Shown here one piece after another: positions 57,860 to 64,000 of a stretch of DNA of 64,000 nt. Origin of the DNA: Candidatus Latescibacterota bacterium (GTDB taxonomy: Bacteria > Latescibacterota > UBA2968 > GCA-2709665). The position numbers and the translations under genes are program-made. Below the pieces are notes generated by a model. The model worked only from the letters and a program-made list of their open reading frames with translations, was not told the origin of the DNA and did not search any database. The first letter of the stretch is position 1, and every line of letters starts with the position of its first letter. The stretch is from assembly GCA_963667175.2 (NCBI GenBank), contig CAXXXF010000018.1, forward strand, positions 64,001 through 128,000. The letters are read 5' to 3'.

Positions 57860-59518
57860 ATGACGAAAAGCGTTCATCGCTTCATCCTTCTGGCCGATCT
57901 CCATCTTTCGGACCACCCGGGTACGGCGGCCCACCATGCGCTGCAGTGGGCCGTCGACCGGGTGAATCTGGAGAGGCCGGATTTTCTGGCCGTGGCCGGG
58001 GACGTCACGACCTTTGCAACGGCCGTTTCGGCCAGACGCTGCGTCGAGGCGCTGGACCGGGTGGAGGTTCCGGTACTCTTCACCCCGGGAAACGCGGACC
58101 GGCGGGGTTGGCACGCGACGTCGGTGTTCGAAACCCTGGCGGCCCCCGGACGGCGGGCGGCCGTGTTCGGCGACCTGCTGGTTCTTCTGCCCGACACGTC
58201 GACCGGAACCCTACCGGACGACGAACGCTCGTGGCTGAACGGGAACCTCCGTTCCAACCATGCGGCCCGGCGGCTGGTCGTTACCCACTATCCGCTGGAC
58301 AGGATGGACGCAGAGGGTCGGCGGTGGCTCTCATGCTGGCTCACGGAAAATGGCGTCGAACTTCTGGTCGCTGGACACAGTCACGTTCACCGGACCCGCC
58401 GTAGAAACGGCTTCGCGGAGGCCGTCGTCCGCGGACTGGATCCCGATAAAGCGATTGGAGATCTTCCCGGAATCAGTCGCTTCGAGAGTGCGAAAGAGGG
58501 GGAATGGACGGAGGTATTCATCCCCTGGTCGCCGGCGATCCGGTTGCTGCCCTCGGATCTTCCCGACGGCTTGCTTCCCGTAGGCTGGTCGATACAGGGC
58601 GACCCGGTGAACGCCGCGCGAGAGACCCTGGAGTTCGGGCTGTCCTGTCTGGAAATCCGGCCGCCGGCCACTGATTTTTCACAACGTGCGCTTTCGGGCG
58701 CGCTCCGCGCGCTTCGCGACCAGGGTCCCCTGCATCTCTCCTACCATCTGCCCGACCTGAAGTGGAACCCGGGGACCGGACGCATCGACGGAGTCGAAAC
58801 GGTACGGACGCACGTGGAACGCGCGATGCACGCGGGCGTGGACAACCTGACGGTCCACGTGCCCAGGGTGAGCGCACGCGCGATGGAGCGCGTGCGGGAG
58901 GACCGGCATCAGCCGACAGCGTGTTTCCTGTCATTCGCCGAGACGTTCGCAACACTCTTCAGAGAGGCGGCGCGCGCGGGGGTGGGGATCGCAATCGAGA
59001 ATATCCACAATCCGGACGATACGCCTGCCGACTCGCCGGACCGCGAATTCGCCACGCGGATCGACGAATATCTGCGATGGATCGACGCCGCGGCGCGTGC
59101 AGTGACCGATGTGCCTGGAGCGAAGGTCGGCGCATTGCTGGACGTGGGACACGCGAGGAACAACGGGGGCGATCTGGATAATCTGCAGCCCCTGGGCGAC
59201 TGGTATGCCTGCCTGGGGCGGCGAATTCTGGGATATCACATTCACCAGGTGGATACGGATCCGGTAAAGGGCGGGCTTACGAACCATCACGAGATTTCCG
59301 ATCTGTTCGGCAGCAGGATCTCCTTCGCAGGTTTTCTCTGGGCGTGGTCCACACACCAGATCACACGGGGTCCCCTCTTCGTGGAGGTCCGCGATGACGA
59401 AGGCCGACGCAATACCGTCCGGCGGTTCAAACGGCTCTTCGAAGGCGCGCACAGGATTCACGAGGCCGCTGACCTGACCCGGCGGGAACTGGAGTCGAAT
59501 GATCCGCGTACCCTGTAG
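57860..59518 (+). CDS. Fusion: metallophosphoesterase + xylose-isomerase/AP-endonuclease-2-like TIM barrel
   Basis: ADLH, AGDV, PGNAD, THYP, GHSH; then LTVH, IAIEN, LLDVGHARN, YHIH, FVEVR. Confidence 0.75.
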   Translation: MTKSVHRFILLADLHLSDHPGTAAHHALQWAVDRVNLERPDFLAVAGDVTTFATAVSARRCVEALDRVEVPVLFTPGNADRRGWHATSVFETLAAPGRRAAVFGDLLVLLPDTSTGTLPDDERSWLNGNLRSNHAARRLVVTHYPLDRMDAEGRRWLSCWLTENGVELLVAGHSHVHRTRRRNGFAEAVVRGLDPDKAIGDLPGISRFESAKEGEWTEVFIPWSPAIRLLPSDLPDGLLPVGWSIQGDPVNAARETLEFGLSCLEIRPPATDFSQRALSGALRALRDQGPLHLSYHLPDLKWNPGTGRIDGVETVRTHVERAMHAGVDNLTVHVPRVSARAMERVREDRHQPTACFLSFAETFATLFREAARAGVGIAIENIHNPDDTPADSPDREFATRIDEYLRWIDAAARAVTDVPGAKVGALLDVGHARNNGGDLDNLQPLGDWYACLGRRILGYHIHQVDTDPVKGGLTNHHEISDLFGSRISFAGFLWAWSTHQITRGPLFVEVRDDEGRRNTVRRFKRLFEGAHRIHEAADLTRRELESNDPRTL

Positions 59519-59533
59519 ACATGGGAGAAAGCG

Positions 59534-60607
59534 ATGATTCCGGAATTTGAGGTCGGGGGCACGCCGTTTCGACGCGGGGAACAGATCGGGCGCCGGTTCA
59601 AGGCGGAGATTCAGGAAACACTCGCCCGCCTGTCGGAGAACAGCGAAGTGCGAAACCGGCAGGTTGCCCTGGTGGAGGCGATGCGAGGGCATCTCGAGGC
59701 GGAATTTCCCGAGATCGTGGAGGAGATTCGCGGCATCGCGCACGGTGCGGACGTTACGGACGGCGACGCGTTCTTCAAGAGCGCCTACAACGCCGTGGGA
59801 CCGGCGCTGGCGGACAACCTCGGGTGCAGCAGCGTGGCCTTCGCCGCCAGCGACGTCGGGCCCATCCTCGGAAAGACCGACGACGGGAGTTTTCGACCGG
59901 GTTCGGATCGGCTCGGGGGGCTGACCATCCTGACGATACGTCCGGAAGAGGGGTACGACGTTTTGTGCGTGAACCAGATCGGGACGGTGTGGACGGAGTG
60001 CGGGGTGAACGGCAAAGGGCTGTGCATGGGTACGAATTCGGGTCACCCCACGATGACCGGGCAGGACGGGTCCGGCGTGCCCCAGCACGTCGCGCCGCGC
60101 CTCGTGTTGCAGCGGTGCGCGAACGTCGAGGAGGGCGTCGACCTGCTCAGGCAGATGACGCTGACGGGCAAGGGCATCAATATCGTGCTGGCCGACGCGG
60201 AGGGCAACGCAGCCGCCACGGAGAACGCCTGCGCGATGAACGGTGTCCGCGAGCCGGAGCACGGGGTCGTCTTCTCGACGAATCACTATTTCAGCGAGGA
60301 GATGCAGGGTGTATCGTGGCAATGGGATCCCGGCTTCATCAGCACGCGGTATTTCCAGAATTCCCTGAACCGGATCGCGCGCCTGTACGGCCGTTTCGGA
60401 AACGGCGGAAGAACGCTTACGCTCCAGGAGATGCGCGAGGTCCTGATGGATGAACACAATCCGGGGGGCCTCTGCCAGCGTCCGCAGAACAACGAAAACA
60501 ACATGACGACGAACTTCGGCGTGATTCTGGTGAGCCGCGACCGCGAGATGTGGTTGAACGAGGGACCCCCATCTCTCGACCGGTTTCGGCGATACGCACT
60601 GGGTTGA
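59534..60607 (+). CDS. C45 family Ntn-hydrolase (acyl-CoA:6-APA acyltransferase-like)
   Basis: GTPFRRGEQIG, EEIRGIA.GA, G|CSS autocleavage site, GVN.KGL, TNH. Confidence 0.88.
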   Translation: MIPEFEVGGTPFRRGEQIGRRFKAEIQETLARLSENSEVRNRQVALVEAMRGHLEAEFPEIVEEIRGIAHGADVTDGDAFFKSAYNAVGPALADNLGCSSVAFAASDVGPILGKTDDGSFRPGSDRLGGLTILTIRPEEGYDVLCVNQIGTVWTECGVNGKGLCMGTNSGHPTMTGQDGSGVPQHVAPRLVLQRCANVEEGVDLLRQMTLTGKGINIVLADAEGNAAATENACAMNGVREPEHGVVFSTNHYFSEEMQGVSWQWDPGFISTRYFQNSLNRIARLYGRFGNGGRTLTLQEMREVLMDEHNPGGLCQRPQNNENNMTTNFGVILVSRDREMWLNEGPPSLDRFRRYALG

Positions 60608-60698
60608 ACGGCCGGATGTATTCCGGCCGGGATCGCCCTGTTTTTCTATAGTGGAAACATGACAGACCGCCGGAACATCCGGCAACAGGAGGCGGAAC

Positions 60699-62870
60699 GT
60701 GAAGATTCAGGTTCGAGGGCGTGTGATCGATGATTCGTCTGTGCGGGGACTGGCCGGGATCTGTGTCTCGAACGGAGAGCGGGTCGTACGGACGAATGAC
60801 GAAGGCGAGTATGAACTCACCGTGGACCCTGGCGCGCACCGGTTCGTATTCGTGACGGTTCCGGACGGCTTCTCGGCAGCGGACGGAACCTACCGGCCCA
60901 CGCTGGATTGGACGAAATCTCGCGTTGATGTGGATTTTCGGCTTTCACCGTCCCCCGGACGTTCCGAGAGTTCGTTCACGCTCGTGCAGATTACCGATAC
61001 GCACATCGTCACCGAAGGAGACACACTCACCTCAGGGCCCGTGCTTTCTGAAGCCCTGCAGCAACTCGAACGCGAGGCAGGACCCGATCTGATCATCGCC
61101 AGCGGAGACCTGACGGATTGGGGGACTTTAGACCAACTGACCGCATATCGAGAGGCGGTGGCCTCGATATCCACACCGGTCTTTCCGCTGTTCGGCGGGC
61201 ACGATGGGAATAAAGAGCGCATGGGCGGAATTTCGATTGAGGAATTCCTGCAGATGAAGGCAGTGCCGAACAACCCCAGGCTGAATGAACTCGTGCGGGA
61301 ACACGAGGGAAACGCGTCGACCCTGCATTTCGAAGCGGTGCTCGGACCAACGTATTACAGCCTGGATTGGGGCGGGCGCCACTTCGTGTTCTGGCCCAAT
61401 GAAGATTCATATTACTCGCCGGCGGGCCTGGAGCGGAAGGAAGGGTGGCTGTGGGCGGACCTGGCGCTGCAGCCGGAGGACCGCGAAATCGTGGTCGTCG
61501 TCCATACGCCGCCCCCCGCTGCGTTTCTGCAGGCGCTGAGCCGGTACAACGTTCGCCTCGTCCTGCACGGCCATTGGCACTCCAGCAAGGTCTATTCGTA
61601 CGGCGATATGGTTGTTGCCGCCGCCCCGCCGGTCTGTTTCGGGGGAATCGATACCTCGCCGCGGGGCTACCGCCAGGTACGGTTCAGCGGGAAGGACGCG
61701 GTCCTGGACGCCGGCGTACTCCGCTCCGCGGGGGTGTCGCGCAATCCCCGCGAGGAGTCCCCGCGAGAGATCGGATTCGACGGCGCGCCGTTGCGTCTCC
61801 GATGGGAGCACCGGCTTTCCGGTGGGCTGCACCGCGCGGCGCCCACGTCGTCCGGAGGACGCGTGTTTCTGACTTCGCGTGACGAAGGTTGGCCGGGACG
61901 CCCGGAAATATGCTGCGTGGATGCGGAGAGCGGGGACACGCTCTGGCATGCCAGGATGGATACAGCGGTAAAGAACAGCGTGGCAGCCTCCGGCAACGTG
62001 TGCGCGGCGGTGTCGGTGGCCGGTCGCGTCCACGCGCTCGAGGCGGCTTCGGGCAGGCCTCTCTGGGAGGCGGACCTGCCGGGCTATCCGGAACGCTGGA
62101 TCTATTCCTCTCCGGTAATGGCGGACGGGACCGTGTACGCGGGCGCCAAGGCGGACTACGCGGCCTTCGATCTGAAGTCGGGTCGCCGCCGATGGCACAC
62201 GGGGAATGACGTCAGTGACAATTGGGCCTGTTACGCCAGCCCGCTGGTTTCCGGAGATCTGCTTATCCTCATGGTGCAGCGGACGGGCTTCAGGGCGCTG
62301 GACCGCAAGACGGGGAACGTCGTCTGGGAATGCCCGGCAGGAGTTGAATTTCCCTATGCAAGGCCGGTCTTGTCGGGCGACCTGCTTCTGAGCGGCGGCG
62401 ACTCGTCCGACCTCCACCATTTCTCCGAAGAGGCGTCATTCCTCATCGCGGTCGAGACGAACTCGGGCAGGGTCGCCTGGAAGAGACCGGCGCTGCCCTC
62501 CAGGTATCCGTCGGGATTGCTCGTGTGCGACGACCGGATCTGCGCGACCACGCCCGAGGGCGAGGCCCTTTGTTTCGGTCTGGCTGACGGTGCGTTGCGC
62601 TGGCGTTTCCGGACCGGTGACGACCTCCTTGACATGGTTCCCTATCGCCGGGGGGTACGGTCCATCCTCGCGGCGCCCGTTATGTTTGAAGGTTGCCTTA
62701 TCGTCTGCGGGTGCGACGGGTTTCTGTACGTGCTGGATCCCTCTTCGGGCCGATGCCTGGGCAACGTTGCCTTCGGCTCCCCGATCACAGCGCCGCCCTG
62801 CACGGTGGAGGGCGGGCTGGTTGTGGGGACATTCGACGGGCGGGTCTTCTGCTATGGCAGGAACGGGTAA
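60699..62870 (+). CDS. Metallophosphoesterase with N-terminal accessory domain and C-terminal PQQ-like beta-propeller
   Basis: VSNG..V.TN.EG.Y, TDTH, SGDLTD, GGHD, HGHWH; repeated A.D..SG..LW propeller blades. Confidence 0.85.
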   Translation: MKIQVRGRVIDDSSVRGLAGICVSNGERVVRTNDEGEYELTVDPGAHRFVFVTVPDGFSAADGTYRPTLDWTKSRVDVDFRLSPSPGRSESSFTLVQITDTHIVTEGDTLTSGPVLSEALQQLEREAGPDLIIASGDLTDWGTLDQLTAYREAVASISTPVFPLFGGHDGNKERMGGISIEEFLQMKAVPNNPRLNELVREHEGNASTLHFEAVLGPTYYSLDWGGRHFVFWPNEDSYYSPAGLERKEGWLWADLALQPEDREIVVVVHTPPPAAFLQALSRYNVRLVLHGHWHSSKVYSYGDMVVAAAPPVCFGGIDTSPRGYRQVRFSGKDAVLDAGVLRSAGVSRNPREESPREIGFDGAPLRLRWEHRLSGGLHRAAPTSSGGRVFLTSRDEGWPGRPEICCVDAESGDTLWHARMDTAVKNSVAASGNVCAAVSVAGRVHALEAASGRPLWEADLPGYPERWIYSSPVMADGTVYAGAKADYAAFDLKSGRRRWHTGNDVSDNWACYASPLVSGDLLILMVQRTGFRALDRKTGNVVWECPAGVEFPYARPVLSGDLLLSGGDSSDLHHFSEEASFLIAVETNSGRVAWKRPALPSRYPSGLLVCDDRICATTPEGEALCFGLADGALRWRFRTGDDLLDMVPYRRGVRSILAAPVMFEGCLIVCGCDGFLYVLDPSSGRCLGNVAFGSPITAPPCTVEGGLVVGTFDGRVFCYGRNG

Positions 62871-62903
62871 TCGGTATGGATATCTCAACTCGAGTGCAAG
62901 ATC

Positions 62904-64000
62904 GTGGGTAAACCGGTTCTTTACGCCGGCGCCGCCCAACGGGTGATCACGCCGCCGGTTGGCGTGTCGATGTCCGGGTGGAACCCGAGGGCGGCCGGGA
63001 ATATCATGTCGCGTTACGTGCGCGACGATCTCTACGCGAAAGCGCTGGTTCTTCGCAAAGGGAATCGGGCCTGGGCCCTGGTCGCCGTGGATCTTACCGG
63101 CGTGGACGCGGTTGCGACGGAGGAGATCCGTCACGGCGCGGCCGAGCGGACCGGGCTGGCGCCCGGGGCGATCATGGTCTGCGCGACGCACACGCACTCC
63201 GGGCCGGCGTTCTGCCCGGTGGCCACCGCGTACAGCCCAGAAGATATGGCCCGTCTTACAATACGCGGCGACGGATCGGCGCCAGCCGCCATGGGCGAGG
63301 TCACCTCGGTCTCGTCCTCGGCCAGTTGGGTGGGCGAGACGGACCTGGCGTGGAAGGCCTGGTTTGTCGCGCAGGCGGTGGACGCGGTGGAGGAGGCGCG
63401 CGGTACGTTGCGGGCAGCTTCGGCGGGTTTCGGGGAGGCTCGGATCGACGGCGTGGCCAGTTCCAGGCGCGTGCGGATGTCCGACGGGAGCTGGGGGGAC
63501 CCGAGACGGGACACCATTGAAGGCGTCCGCGTGGTTTCGCGCACGAATATCGATCCCCTGGTTCGCGTATTCGCAGTTCGCGAGCGGGGGACGAATGCGC
63601 CGCTGGCGGCGGTGATCAACTATGGTACCCACCCCTGGATATTCTGTGGATCGGGCATTTCCGCCGAGATCGCAGGCGCGGCGGCCGGCCAGGTGGCGGA
63701 CGCGTGGGCGGGCAGCGGGGGAGAGCCGCCGGCCGTTCTCTACACGACCGGCCCCGAGGGCGACGTCACCACAATCTGGAACGTCGACGTCGAAACGGTC
63801 TGGAAGACGCGGCCGGATGAGGATTCCGAGGCGAGCCTCGCAAGACGGGAGCGGGGATTCGAACGGGAACTGGCGCGCCTGGGCGGGCGGGTGGCGGATG
63901 GGTCGATGACGGCGATCCGTGGAATAACGGGCTGGGACGAGACTCCGGAAGTATGGGCCCGCCGGCGGGAAGTGGCGCTGCCGCTGAAGAACGGTTACCG
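62904..64000 (+). CDS. Neutral/alkaline ceramidase-like hydrolase, partial (runs off the window)
   Basis: Not in the ORF track. From GTG 62904: AGAAQRVITPPVGVSMSGW...DDLYAKALV...CATHTHSGP...NYGTHP...GPEGDV. Confidence 0.8.
   Translation, partial: MGKPVLYAGAAQRVITPPVGVSMSGWNPRAAGNIMSRYVRDDLYAKALVLRKGNRAWALVAVDLTGVDAVATEEIRHGAAERTGLAPGAIMVCATHTHSGPAFCPVATAYSPEDMARLTIRGDGSAPAAMGEVTSVSSSASWVGETDLAWKAWFVAQAVDAVEEARGTLRAASAGFGEARIDGVASSRRVRMSDGSWGDPRRDTIEGVRVVSRTNIDPLVRVFAVRERGTNAPLAAVINYGTHPWIFCGSGISAEIAGAAAGQVADAWAGSGGEPPAVLYTTGPEGDVTTIWNVDVETVWKTRPDEDSEASLARRERGFERELARLGGRVADGSMTAIRGITGWDETPEVWARRREVALPLKNGY

Overview
GC-rich bacterial chromosomal window. Paired-EF-hand/dockerin-like modules (DFDGDGAVGFxDFVxF), a giant WD40 protein and several PhyH and metallophosphoesterase enzymes suggest a Latescibacterota/Gemmatimonadota-like, possibly host-associated lineage (inference). 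From left to right: (1) a partial PhyH dioxygenase and an AT-richer RelE-like toxin with an unusual long partner. (2) A sigma54-type pspA unit. (3) A Nudix-coxD-coxE-xdhC molybdoenzyme-maturation operon split by a nested 4-kb mobile composite. The composite has TTAA-flanked IS1380-like ends, carries a hairpin-bounded non-DDE (Rep_trans-like) transposase gene, and has a complete group II intron inserted in one terminal repeat. (4) A ~23.5-kb phosphate island: porin-pstSCAB-phoU divergent from a TonB-dependent receptor plus beta-helix protein with 11-bp-period Pho-box arrays between them, then lipoprotein-transglutaminase-CHAD-ParA-ppk1, then phoR and phoB separated by a serine hydrolase and a DUF4258/DUF2283 pair. 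(5) RNase II, RidA, several unusual domain fusions, the WD40 protein and a heparinase-like protein. (6) thyA-folA-rimO, rpmB, a FolC-ATP-grasp fusion and a catabolic hydrolase cluster. The best candidates for undescribed biology are the nested mobile composite and its transposase, the CHAD-ParA-PPK1 module (possible polyphosphate-granule positioning) and the FolC-ATP-grasp fusion. No rRNA, tRNA or CRISPR array was seen. All family calls come from motif recognition by eye, not database searches.
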